Shown here one piece after another: positions 12,266-25,041 of a stretch of DNA of 64,000 bases. The translations under genes and the position numbers were made by a program. Source of the DNA: Dictyostelium discoideum (Eukaryota); contig CM000154.2 of the NCBI GenBank assembly GCA_000004695.1, forward strand, positions 2,496,001 through 2,560,000. Reading direction: 5' to 3'. Every line of letters begins with the position of its first letter. Position 1 is the stretch's first letter. The notes beneath the pieces are model-generated. The model worked only from the letters and a program-made list of their open reading frames with translations, was not told the origin of the DNA and did not search any database.

Positions 12266-13064
12266 TTAATAATCATTATTTAAATGATCATCAGGATTAA
12301 TGTTTACAGCAAGTGGAGCAACGGATGGTGCGCTTTGAGAATGAGAATGACGTGCGGTTTTGCTTGGTTTGGTACTATTTCCTTCATTTTGATCACTATT
12401 GTAGCAACCACGGCAAACGGAAATATATTTATCTATACCACCAATTAATTCGATATCATCACTTTCGACGATACGTTTTGAAAAGGCGGCTTCATTGTAG
12501 CAAACCATACAAACGGCAGTTAACTTTGTAATATATTCAGCCTTTGATACTAAATCAATGACTGATTGGAATGGTTTTCTTTGGAAGGTACCATCTAGTG
12601 CGGCAATTATAACGGTTTTACCTTGATTTGCCAAGTCTTCACTAAATTGTACAACGTCTGGGAAAAATTGGCCTTCATCAATACCAATTACATCATAGTT
12701 TTGTGCTTGTTCTTTAACATCTTCTAAAATTGAACATGGGAAAGCTTGATAATTTTGTCTGATTGAAAAGAAAAGAAATAAAAAAAAAAAAAGTTAATAA
12801 AATGTTTTTTTAATCTTTTCCATAGTAATAAAAAAAAAACTTACTTGTCATGGGTAACTAAAAATGATTTATCAATGTTATCGTTATATCTAGTATCTTT
12901 ACTATATTTAATTAATAAGCATTTTTTGTTTGCAAAATTAAATCTTTTAATTCTTCTAATGAGCTCAGTGGTCTAGTTTATATTATTAAAAAAAAAAAAA
13001 AAAAAAGGGGGGAAAAAAAAAAAAAAAAAACGAAAATTAGTTTTTTTTTTTTTTTTTATGTGGG

Positions 13065-13095
<31 letters not shown>

Positions 13096-13150
13096 ACCTT
13101 TCCGCTAAACATTGGACCAAAGATGACTTGAATTTTACCAGCAATTTGAG
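12266..13150 (-). CDS. thyB: Thymidine kinase (TK1-type), 227 aa, 3 exons: complement(join(12266..12758,12845..12972,13088..13150)).
   Basis: Exon 1 encodes MIVTQIAGKIQVIFGPMFSGK (P-loop) and ends at donor GTAATT. Exon 2 encodes TTELIRRIKRFNFANKKCLLIKYSKDTRYN...THDK and ends at donor GTAAGT. Exon 3 encodes QNYQAFPCSILEDV...VIGIDEGQFF...ALDGTFQRKPF...VCMVC...VCRGCY (zinc ribbon). The phases agree (0, 2+1). The symbol is from memory of the Dictyostelium TK gene. Confidence 0.85.
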
Positions 13151-14004
13151 TTACAATCATTTTTTGAATTTAATTTTAATTAATTATCAATTTAAATTTG
13201 AATTTTTTAAATGGGGAATAAAAAAAGATGAGAGTGAAAAAGATATACTAAAAGTATAAATTTATATGATGTAAGTTATTTAATAATAACGGTTTTAATT
13301 TGTATGAAAGCAAATTTATAAGATATATATATGATTTTTTATTAATTAAAAAATATATATATAAATATGATTAAGTGTGTGAGTGTGTGTATATGTAAAA
13401 AAAAAAAAAGAAAAGTTTAAAAATTTTTTCAATTTATATTTTATTTTTTTTATCCGTTATTTCGAAGAAAAATAAAAAAAAAAATAAAAAAAAAAAAAAA
13501 TTAAATATTATATTTAAATTTGAATTTGAAAAAAAATAAAATTAAATAAAAATAAATAAAAAAAAAAAAACCTGCGGAAAATCTGTGATTTTCAAAAACC
13601 AATAAAAAGTAAATTATCTGCTGTCGCTTTCATATCAAAAAAAAAAAAAAAAAAACCAAAAAAAAAAAAAAAAAAAAAGAAAAAAATGAAAAATAAAAAA
13701 GAAAAATAAAATTTAGAAGAAAAAAAAAAAGATATTTAGATATTTTTTTTTTTAAAAATTAGATACCTAATTAAATAAGCACTATTTTTGCTTATTTAAT
13801 TTCAATTTTATTTTACTTTTTTAAATATTCAAATAGAAATATTTTCAAATCGAACCATTATTAATTTTCATTCTATAAAAAAAAAAAAAAAAAAAATAAT
13901 AATAATGTTTTTTGAAGATAAAAGTTATTTTTTATTACTTTTTTTTATTTTTTTTTTTTTTTTCTATTATCAAATATGATTATTACAAATGATTGTTATG
14001 AAAT

Positions 14005-14053
<49 letters not shown>

Positions 14054-14063
14054 TATATATAGT

Positions 14064-17000
14064 TTACATATTTAATAAATTTAATTGATATTCATCATTA
14101 AATATTGAAGTTAAATTATTTTCTGGTAAAGCACCAAAAAGTATTGGAATTCTACAAACGACATTAAACGCTCTCTTTACAAAACATTGAATTACAATAT
14201 TGTAATGGCATTTAATTAAAGTACCATTTGTAGTTTGATTAAAACCTTTGATTTCATTTGTATCAAATAAAATTGTATCACTAAAATTACAATGTGCATC
14301 AACACCATTAAATCGTTGACTAGTTTTAAAAGTACATTTTTTAAATATTAAATTATTATTATTATTATTATTATTCTTTGAAGATGATGTATTTGAAGAA
14401 TTTGATAAAAATGATGAAGATGATGGTGATAAAGTTAGATCTGTAATATTTGGTTGTTGTTCATCATTATCTTTTTCAATTTGTTGTTGTTGCTTTTCAT
14501 TATTATTTTTTGATTTTTTAATTAAACTTAATGAGATATTTTGAATTTTTTTAATTGAAATTAAAATATAATCAATACTTCTTGATGATGCATTTTCAAT
14601 TTTTATATTGATTGGAATTTTTTCATTTGCAAAGAAAATCGTTCTTTTCAAGGCAACCTTTAATGAAATTTGACCAGAATTTACTAAAAATGATTTCTTT
14701 TTCTCCATTCTAATCGGAATTTCATTAACTTTTGCAGCAATTATAGATGGTTCACAAACTGTAAAACTTTTTTTAATTTTATAATCTTTTAATAATTCAT
14801 ATAATGATTTTAAATATTCTTTTTTATTTCTAATATTTTCATTATCTTCATTATCATCATGTTGATTATAAAAATTATTATTATTATTTTCATCATTATC
14901 TTCTTCTTCATATAAAATATCTTGAAATGAAATTGAAAGTTTATAAATAATTGCTGATAATATTTTTTCATTTGTTTCTTTATCAATTGTAAAATCACTA
15001 AATGAACTTGGTAAATGTGATGGTAATAAAAAAGAAAATGGAATTATATGTAAACCAGAATTCATTATACCACCATTATCATCAGTTTGAAAAATTGAAT
15101 CACCAGATTCATAAATTGTTTTTTTTTCTTGATTTTTATAAATTAATCTATTTTCATTAAATAAATTTAAATTATAATTACTTGATGAATTTAATGAAAA
15201 ATCAGATGATGATGAAGTTAATGGATTAATTTTTAAAAAATTTGTAATACTTGAACTGTTCTTTAAAACATTAAATATCTTTGAATTCTTTTTTAATGTA
15301 CCACCTTTATAATTATTAAAATTATAATTATTTAAATTAATTGATTGACTATTTCTTAATGAACTACCACAGTTTGAAGAATTTGAAAAACTTTTTAAAG
15401 AAGATGCATCAATTAATTCAAATGATTGATCTCTTATTAATGATTCTGAATTATTATTTTCATTATCATTATCATTTTCTTTTTCTTTTTCTTTTTCCTT
15501 TTCTTTATCTTTTTTATTTAATTTTTGAGGTGATTGTGGTGATTGGTAATGATTGATTATAACATGTTCAAAAACTTTCCATTTTAAATTTAAACCAGAT
15601 GTTTTAATATCTTGATTTAATGAAATTTCTAAATTACCAGTTACTTTTTGACCAGCAATGAAATATCCATTTGATAAATTAATTTTAATTGAGTCAATTA
15701 AATTATCGATTTCACATGTTGCGTTGTTGGTTTGTGATGTTTCATTTAAAAACATTAAATTATCTTCAATGTGTTGTTGATCATTTTTATTAAAATAATT
15801 ATTACCATCATCAATTTCTGCACCATTGATTTGAATAATTTGAGATTTCATTAAAACGTTATCCATATTATTTTTATTTAATCTATCAATATTATTATTT
15901 AATAATTTTTTAAAAATTTTAATTTTTGATTTTGATTTTTTATTATTATTATTATTATTATTTATATTAATATTATTAATATTATTAATATTATTATTAC
16001 TTTTTTTTAAAATATTATCTTTTGATTTTTTTAAATTATTATTATGATAAAAATTATTATTATTATTTAATAAATTTAAATTTTTTTCAAAATTTTCATT
16101 ATTTTCAATAATATTATTATTATTATTTTTAAAATCAAATTCATTATTATAAATATTTATAGATTTATTTTTAGCATCACAATTATTTTCTAACTGGTGT
16201 TGAATTATATTATCACAATTATTTAAATTTTGAAAAACTGGTGGTTGTGGTGGTGATGGTGGTGCTGGTGGTAATTCTAATTTTTTGAAAAGTGTGCTTT
16301 TGTGTGTATTATTAGAAGTGGGTGTTAGTGGTTGTGTGAGTGTGTGTGGTTGAGATAATATTTGTTTGTTTTTATCATTTAAATTTTCGATGTGTGGTTT
16401 ATCGAGAATTATTATTTTACAATCTTCATCATCATCACTATCACCATTATCATTTTTGTTATTATTATTGTTTTTTTCTTTTATAATTAAATTATTAGAA
16501 ATTGAAAAACTATTATTATTATTACCATCTGTTTCATTTTGAATGTTATTATTAGTTTCATCGTTATCATAAAAATTATTTAATTTTGAAATGGTGGTAT
16601 CTATATCATTTTTAGTTTCTGTGTTAATGGTAGTGGTGTTTGTAGTAGTGGTAGTGGTATTGGCTATTTTTTCTTCAATATTTATAATATCGGTTAATGG
16701 ATTATTATTATTATTATTTTTATTATTAATATTTTTTTTATTATCAGTATCATCTTCTTCCCCATCATCAAAATTACTATTGTCACTAATATTTTTATTT
16801 TCATTATTTAAATATTTTAAATCAGAGTTTTTAAGATTTAATGATGAATTGGTTGGTGATGTATATTTCCATGTTAATTTTTGAGATTGATAATTATGAT
16901 TGTGATTGATTTTATATGAGGTTAATCCTATTGGTTTTGCAACAATACTATTTCTTCTTTGTGGCATTCCACTATTACCACCAACACCAACACTCTTATT

Positions 17001-17156
17001 ATAATTTATTCCATGAGAATTAACAAAATCATTTTTTTTAAATGATGCTTTCCATTTCTTTTTAAAACTTAATTGTCTTTTACTACCACTTTTCTTTTTT
17101 GGAATATTATTAATATTTTCACCATCATTTTCATTATTCTCTTTTATTATTTCCAT
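14064..17156 (-). CDS. Arrestin-fold (ARRDC/Adc-like) protein with very long N-rich and poly-N insertions, 1030 aa, single exon.
   Basis: Continuous ORF. The N-lobe-like segment is ...NGYFIAGQKVTGNLEISLNQDIKTSGLNLKWKVFEHV.... The C-lobe-like segment is ...KSFLVNSGQISLKVALKRTIFFANEKIPINIKIENASSRSIDYILISIKK.... These alternating beta patterns are typical of arrestin N/C domains. The identification rests on motifs only. Confidence 0.45.
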   Translation of the reverse strand: MEIIKENNENDGENINNIPKKKSGSKRQLSFKKKWKASFKKNDFVNSHGINYNKSVGVGGNSGMPQRRNSIVAKPIGLTSYKINHNHNYQSQKLTWKYTSPTNSSLNLKNSDLKYLNNENKNISDNSNFDDGEEDDTDNKKNINNKNNNNNNPLTDIINIEEKIANTTTTTTNTTTINTETKNDIDTTISKLNNFYDNDETNNNIQNETDGNNNNSFSISNNLIIKEKNNNNNKNDNGDSDDDEDCKIIILDKPHIENLNDKNKQILSQPHTLTQPLTPTSNNTHKSTLFKKLELPPAPPSPPQPPVFQNLNNCDNIIQHQLENNCDAKNKSINIYNNEFDFKNNNNNIIENNENFEKNLNLLNNNNNFYHNNNLKKSKDNILKKSNNNINNINNININNNNNNNKKSKSKIKIFKKLLNNNIDRLNKNNMDNVLMKSQIIQINGAEIDDGNNYFNKNDQQHIEDNLMFLNETSQTNNATCEIDNLIDSIKINLSNGYFIAGQKVTGNLEISLNQDIKTSGLNLKWKVFEHVIINHYQSPQSPQKLNKKDKEKEKEKEKENDNDNENNNSESLIRDQSFELIDASSLKSFSNSSNCGSSLRNSQSINLNNYNFNNYKGGTLKKNSKIFNVLKNSSSITNFLKINPLTSSSSDFSLNSSSNYNLNLFNENRLIYKNQEKKTIYESGDSIFQTDDNGGIMNSGLHIIPFSFLLPSHLPSSFSDFTIDKETNEKILSAIIYKLSISFQDILYEEEDNDENNNNNFYNQHDDNEDNENIRNKKEYLKSLYELLKDYKIKKSFTVCEPSIIAAKVNEIPIRMEKKKSFLVNSGQISLKVALKRTIFFANEKIPINIKIENASSRSIDYILISIKKIQNISLSLIKKSKNNNEKQQQQIEKDNDEQQPNITDLTLSPSSSSFLSNSSNTSSSKNNNNNNNNLIFKKCTFKTSQRFNGVDAHCNFSDTILFDTNEIKGFNQTTNGTLIKCHYNIVIQCFVKRAFNVVCRIPILFGALPENNLTSIFNDEYQLNLLNM

Positions 17157-17466
17157 ATTTTTTTTTTTTTTAAATAAAAAAATTAAAATTTTTAAATTTT
17201 TATATATATAAATATAATAAAAAATGTTTTAATTAATATTTATAAATGATTTTAATAATAAAAAAAATTATATTAATTTTTAAAAGAAAAAAAAAAAAAA
17301 AAGAAGAAAAAAAAAAAAAAGAAAAACTGGTTTTTATAGGAAAAAGAAAAAAAAAAAAAAAAAAACCCGTAAAAAGATGTTTTTTTGTGTAATATATTTA
17401 TAACATTTATCAATTTCTCAATTTTTTAATAACATTTGTTATTAGAAACGATTGTTTTATTTACAC

Positions 17467-17498
<32 letters not shown>

Positions 17499-19880
17499 GG
17501 TTTAAATCGTTTTCCACCCAATTTTTATTTTTTCAATATTTTTTCAATTTTTTTTTTAATACCCTTTTTTGATTGGCTTGTTTTAAATTCAAGTTTTTTA
17601 TGATTTGTTTAATACATAACTTCAGGAATTGGAACGAATTTTTAATTGGTCAATTTTTCNTTTTTTTTTTTTTTTTTTGGTGTTGTTTTTTAAACCAATT
17701 AAATTCAAACATCAAAATCAATCGATATATGTACTCAATTTTCCCCCATTAGAAAAGAAAATAGGAAGAAAATTATTCTTTTTATTAAAAAAAAAAATTT
17801 AATTTCCTCTTAAAATTTTATTTAAATTTGGTGGTTTTTTATTTGTTTAAAAAAAAAAAAAACAATGTGGTAATTAAACCATTTAAAATATCTCATAATT
17901 AACAAATCATTTTTGATAACCATATACCATTTACAAAATTTAAAAATATCTTCAATCGTTTCAAAAAAGTGGTCCGAATATTATTAGTATAAAAAAAAAA
18001 AAATAAAAAATAAAAAAATAAAAAAAAAAAAAGAATATTAATAAATAAAAAAAAAAAAAAAAAAAAAAATGGGAATTGAATGTATGATTATCAGTGGTCC
18101 CAATTTTTAATTAAAAATTTTAAACAGCAAATTGATTTTATTTATAAAATTCATTATATATTTAATGAAATGTTGAAAAAATCCCATCATAATTTAAAAT
18201 GTAAATTAAAAAAAAAAAATAAAAACAAAAAAAAAACAAGTAAAACCATTTATATATTATTCAGGAATACAGAAGCAGCAATAGCAACAGTGAAAAATTC
18301 TTCATAGATAATAATTTTAATAAAAAAAAAAAAAAAATCAATTTTTTTAAAAAGAATTTAATTCCAATCAAATAACATTTTGCAACATGACAAAATAAAT
18401 AAAATTTTTAAATAATATACCTATAAAATTCTTTATTGTTTATAATAGAATTTATTTTAATTTTATTTTTTTTAAATTTCTTTTTTTTTTATTTTTTTAT
18501 ATATATATAATTTTATTTTTTTATTTTATTTCTTTTTTTTTTTTCATTTTGGATTGTGGAGACTCTATTTCAAATGAATTTCAATAGTTAATATATTACT
18601 TCCAATTTCATTAATTATAACAATAGTAAAAAATCTGTATTTTTTTTTTTTTTTTTTTTTTTTACATTTTAATATATTGGATAGATTGAATCAATTACTA
18701 TATTTATTTTTGATAAATAAAGAAAAAAATAAGAATAAAAAAAAAAATTTAAAAAAAATAAAAATAAAAAAAATAAAAATATCTTTTTTTTTTCTATTTT
18801 TTTTTATTTTTATAATTTTATCCAAAAAAAAAAAATATCTTTTTTTATCACACACAAAATTCTTGAAAATCTTTAAAGGATTTATAAAAATAGTTTTGAA
18901 ATGCTGGCTTTTGATGCTTTTTATTAAACACATAAACAATCGATTGAATTAATTTTTTTTTTTTTTTTTTCCCCTTTTAAAACCGCTGTTATAAAATTTC
19001 CCCACTTTAAAGTGAAAAAAAAAAAAAAAAATATTATTTTTTGCCAGCAATACACTTTCAAGGTTTTATTGATTTAAAATTTAATTTTTTTTTATTTTTA
19101 TTTTATGTGGTTGGTGAGTCAAAAAAAAAAAAAAAAATTAACTACTATTATTATTACTACTATTACAAAGGTTAAACATAGTTGATTTTATTGTTACAAC
19201 AAAAAAAAAAAAAAAAAAAAAAAAAATTTATAATTTAAAAAAAAAAAAAAAAAAATTTCTTTCATTTCAAAACATTAAAAAATAATTATAAAACCAAATA
19301 TTTATAATAGTTAATTATTTTCTTATAAATTTTAATATTTTCTCAACAATAATTTTTTTAATTTGTGTATGTAAGAAATATCTTTTTTTTTTAAGTTTAA
19401 AAAAATAAAAAAAAGAAAAAAAAAAGAAGTTCAGAAGAATTTTTTTTTTTATTATTTTTATTTTTTTTTTTTTTTTTTTTTTTTTTTTCTTTCGAGCGAC
19501 CTTTGTTTTTTTTTTTTTGAATTTTTTTTTTCATTTTTTTTTTTTTTATTTCAATAAAATATATATAAATTGTAATTATATCAATAGTTTTTAATTATTC
19601 ATTTATTTTTTTATTAATTATCGTTTGTATACTTTTTTTATTTTTTCACTTTCTTTTTCTTTCTTTCTTTCAAATCCCACACCATATTGTTAATTTATTT
19701 TACACACAATAAAAAAAATAAAAATAGAAATAAAAATAAAATAAAATAAAATATCCCACACAACCACACAACATAAAATTGTAGTGCCAACTCACACACA
19801 AAAAAAAAAAAAAAAAAAAAAACAATTTGATATTATGTTGTATTATTATATTGAAACGAAAAAATTTTAAACACACTGAT

Positions 19881-19966
<86 letters not shown>

Positions 19967-20558
19967 AATTAATTTTTATTTATTTATTATTATTTTAGTC
20001 CAACTGATATATTAAAAAAAAAAAAAAAAAAAATTATATTATTGTGTTTTTTTTTTTTTTTCTCTTTCTTTCTTTCTTCTTTCTATTTAAATAAAACTTG
20101 TATTATTATAAAAAATAAAAATAAAAAAAAAAAAAAGGTGTGGATAAAAATAAAAACTAAAAATAAAACCTAAAAATATCACATAATATTTTATAATAAT
20201 CTTATTTAAATATGGTCAAAACATTTTTATTTTTTTTTTATTTTTTTTTTATTTTTTTTTTATTTTTTTTTTTTATAATAATAAAAACCAAACAATAGAA
20301 AAGGGCGCAAACACTGTCTCGCATTATTTTGTGTGTGCAACCTCACTTCACCCATTTTTTTTACAATTTTTCAAAAAAAAAAATATATTTTTTTTTTTTT
20401 TATTTTTTATTTTTTATTTTTTTTTTTGAAAAATTTTCTTTTCAATTTTTTTTTTTTTTTTTATTTTTTTTTTTAGAGTCAACTGATTTATTCACATTAA
20501 AAACTATATATATTTATAAATAATCAAAAAAAAAAAAAAAAACTAATAAATTAATTAA

Positions 20559-21682
<1,124 letters not shown>

Positions 21683-22175
21683 ATGACGTAGGAGGTCAAT
21701 TTAATAGAGTTTATTAGATTTTTTAATTATTTAATAATCTAATTAAACTACTGTTGTTTAATTTTGAAATAAAAAAAAAAAAAACCTTGTTTATATAAAT
21801 AATAATAAATAAAATAATAATAATAATAAAAAAAAAAAAAAAAAAAAGAATCCACTAAAAATTTTATGTGATTGCACACAAATTTAATTCTTTTTTTTGT
21901 GTTAAAATAAACTTTAATTTTATTTTTTATTTTTTTTTTTTATCCTTACTATTTTATTTTTTATACCCTGTTTTATTTCTTTTTAATCCCAACAACAAAA
22001 AAAAAAAAAAAAAAAAAGATTTAATTATTTGATGGAATAAGATTTTATTTACTAAAGAGTTAAAAATCACAATATTTTATATATATATAAAAAGGTTTTT
22101 ATTTTTTTTTTTTTTTTATTTTTTTTTTGTATTTTTTTTTTTTTTTTTTTGATTTATTATTTTTTAAAATTGAGT

Positions 22176-22340
22176 TTATTTCTTCCCGGTTGAGTTTGAA
22201 GTATTGTTTGCGTTAATAGCTGCAGCAGATTGAGCTCTTGAAGCAAATGAACCAGATGAGACATCACCACCTGATTTAGCTGCTGATGATTGGATTCTTG
22301 ATGCAGCATCTTTAGTCATTGGAGTAGATTTTTTAGACAT
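22176..22340 (-). CDS. Small hydrophilic protein of 54 aa with an SMP (seed-maturation-protein / LEA-like) repeat motif.
   Basis: ATG aaaatgtct...TAA encodes MSKKSTPMTKDAASRIQSSAAKSGGDVSSGSFASRAQSAAAINANNTSNSTGKK. There are two half-repeats of the pattern DAAxIQ(S/A)AE...GG.A(S)xAQSAAxxNA. The start is A-rich. It is below the 60-aa cutoff of the ORF track. Confidence 0.35.
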   Translation of the reverse strand: MSKKSTPMTKDAASRIQSSAAKSGGDVSSGSFASRAQSAAAINANNTSNSTGKK

Positions 22341-22800
22341 TTTGAAAGTTTAAAATTTGTTTATATAAAATTTTATCTATTTCTTTATATATTGAAAAAA
22401 AGAGGATGATTTATTTTGTATTAAATAATTTTTTTTTTTTTTTTTTTTTTTTTTATTTTAATTTTAAATCCAAAGAAAATAATTAAATAAAAAAAAAATT
22501 AATTACTTAAAAAAAAATAAAATAAAAATTATTAATAGATCTAAATTATGTTGTTCTCACCTAATTTGGAAATTTAGTTTTTTTTTTAAATTAATTAAAA
22601 AAAAAAAAAAAAAAAATGGAATATTAGTTGCCGGAATATTAATTGAAATAAATTAATTTTTTTTTAATTTTTTCTTTTTTAAGAATAAATAGTGTTTTTG
22701 ATATAAATATACCTGTAAGTGATTAATAATACACTTTTATTAAATAATAATAAAACTTTTTTTTTTTTTTTTTTATTTAAAAAAATAAAAAAATAAAAAA

Positions 22801-22802
22801 AA

Positions 22803-22884
<82 letters not shown>
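22801..22884. repeat. (AAAT)n microsatellite
   Basis: Perfect aaat repeats followed by aaaaat units. The ORF 22679..22945 is a translation artefact of this repeat. Confidence 0.9.
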
Positions 22885-22885
<1 letters not shown>

Positions 22886-23339
22886 AAAATAAAAAATAAA
22901 AAATAAAAAATTAAAAATAAAAATAAAAAATAAAGCAAATATCATTTTTTAAATTATTTAAGAAATTGGTGATGGAATATGCAAAAGAAAAAATCAAAAA
23001 ATGAGGTACAAGAATCCGAAGATACATTATGAAAACATAATAGCCAGACTTTATATGTGAATCAGTAAATTCCCTGATAGAATTAAAGCATAATGCTTTT
23101 TCTAATTAAATGTGTTTTTGAGGAGTTTATTAATTACTATTCAAAAAAAAAAACAATGTGCTTGGACTTAAAAAAAAAAAAATAAAAAAAAAAAAATATT
23201 TACAAAAAAAAAAAAAAAGACAAATATCTTTTTTTTATTTTTTAAAAAAAAAATATCTAAAAAAAAAATTTTGGATTAGGTTTTTTAATTTTTATTTTAT
23301 TATTATTTTTTAATTGATTAAAAAAAAAAAAAAAAAAAA

Positions 23340-24881
23340 ATGAAAAGATATTTTATAATAATTTTATTTATTATTTATTTAATTGTGGTTGTTAAATCAA
23401 CATTTTTAAAGAATAGATTTAATTCACCATATCCATATTATAGTAATATTAAAAATAGAATAAACAAAGTCAAATTAAATCTTAGTGATCCAGTGCCAAC
23501 ACCTTATACATTGTTATGGTTTAATCAAACATTAGATCATTTTAATTTTGAAACAAGTGGTTATTTTAATCAAAGAGTATTAATTATTGATCAATATTTT
23601 AATGAAAAATCAAAAAATGAGATTGATCAAATTTGTACCAAACCATTAATTTTCTTTTGTGGTAATGAAGGAGATGTTACATTTTTTTATGAAAATTCAT
23701 TATTCATTACAAATACATTAGCACAAGAAATGAATGCATTGGTTATATTTGCAGAACATAGATATTATGGTGAAAGTTTGCCATTTGGTAATCAATCATA
23801 TACAAACGAAAACTTTCAATATTTATCATCAGAACAAGCATTGGCAGATTATTCAAAAATAATACCATCGATTTTAAAACAATACAATGCATTAAATTGT
23901 CCAGTTTTTACAACATCAGGATCATATGGTGGTGATTTAGCAGCATGGATGAGATTAAAATATCCATTTATTGTTGATGGTGCGTTGGCATCATCTGCCC
24001 CATTACTTTCATACATGGGTACAGGTGTACCATATGATGTATTCCCAGTTGGGGTTACCAATGATTTTAAGGAAACAAGCCAAGATGGTTCATGTGCTAT
24101 TAAAATTAGAAATGCATTCAATGATCTCGAAACAATTGCTAAAGCTGATAATGGTTTTAATGAAATTTCTACATCATTTAAACTATGTACACCAATTAAT
24201 TCAAATGATGATTTTCAATCATTTTTAGGTTGGGTAGAGAGTGGTTTTAGTTATATGTCAATGGCAGATTACCCATATCCAGCATCATTTTTAGAACCAA
24301 TGATGGGAAATCCAGTGAATGAAACATGTAATTTAATTAACCAATTGGATAATAGTATTGATATAATTATGTCTGGTTTACAAATTTATTATAATTATAC
24401 AGGTCAAATGATGCAATGTTTTAATACAAATATTTTCATTGAAGATCAAGGTATGTTAATACCATGGAGTTATCAAAGTTGTACTGAATTTGTATTCCCA
24501 TTTACAACTACTGGTATTAAAGATATGTTTTATTATAGTCCATTTAATTTAACAGAGTATATTGAAAATTGTCAAGAAGAATATAATGTCACACCAGACC
24601 CAAATTGGGTTACAAGTGTTTATGGAGGTACACCCAATTTTCCAAGTTCAAATATTATATTTTCAAATGGTGTTTTGGATGGATGGCATGGTGCAGGTAT
24701 CAATGTTACTGATTATTCTAAAAATATAATTGCAATATTAATTCCAGGTGCTGCTCATCATTTAGATTTAAGAGGTTCAAATCCATTGGACCCACAATCA
24801 ATTACTGATGCCAGATTATTAGAATTAAAATATTTAACAGAATGGTCTGAAGAAATTGGTAAAATTAAATCATTAAAATAA
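23340..24881 (+). CDS. Serine peptidase of family S28 (lysosomal Pro-X carboxypeptidase / DPP7-like), 513 aa, with an N-terminal signal peptide.
   Basis: Single ORF. The hydrophobic N-terminus is MKRYFIIILFIIYLIVVVKS. The catalytic Ser motif is TSGSYGGDLAAWMRLKYP. Other S28-typical segments are ...FFCGNEGD... and LIPGAAHHLDLR. Confidence 0.8.
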   Translation: MKRYFIIILFIIYLIVVVKSTFLKNRFNSPYPYYSNIKNRINKVKLNLSDPVPTPYTLLWFNQTLDHFNFETSGYFNQRVLIIDQYFNEKSKNEIDQICTKPLIFFCGNEGDVTFFYENSLFITNTLAQEMNALVIFAEHRYYGESLPFGNQSYTNENFQYLSSEQALADYSKIIPSILKQYNALNCPVFTTSGSYGGDLAAWMRLKYPFIVDGALASSAPLLSYMGTGVPYDVFPVGVTNDFKETSQDGSCAIKIRNAFNDLETIAKADNGFNEISTSFKLCTPINSNDDFQSFLGWVESGFSYMSMADYPYPASFLEPMMGNPVNETCNLINQLDNSIDIIMSGLQIYYNYTGQMMQCFNTNIFIEDQGMLIPWSYQSCTEFVFPFTTTGIKDMFYYSPFNLTEYIENCQEEYNVTPDPNWVTSVYGGTPNFPSSNIIFSNGVLDGWHGAGINVTDYSKNIIAILIPGAAHHLDLRGSNPLDPQSITDARLLELKYLTEWSEEIGKIKSLK

Positions 24882-25041
24882 AAAAACTTTCTTTTTATTT
24901 TTTTTTAAACAATATTTTTTTATTTATTTTTATTTCTATTTTTTTATTATCTTTACAATTTATTTATTTATTTTTTCTATCAATTTTTCTTTTTATAATA
25001 ATAATAATAATAAAGGAGATTATGTGTCGGTAATTTTATTA

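Noticed and set aside
12313-12531. Antisense or overlapping ORFs inside well-supported genes (12313..12531 in TK, 21433..21699 in arfA, 23849..24228 in the peptidase, 38081..38587 in myosin, 41717..41956 in AP-1 mu, 46793..47035, 50548..50754, 58184..58920)
   Set aside because: The opposite strand, or another frame, carries a conserved protein. These ORFs have no independent support and show composition skewed by the sense-strand codons.
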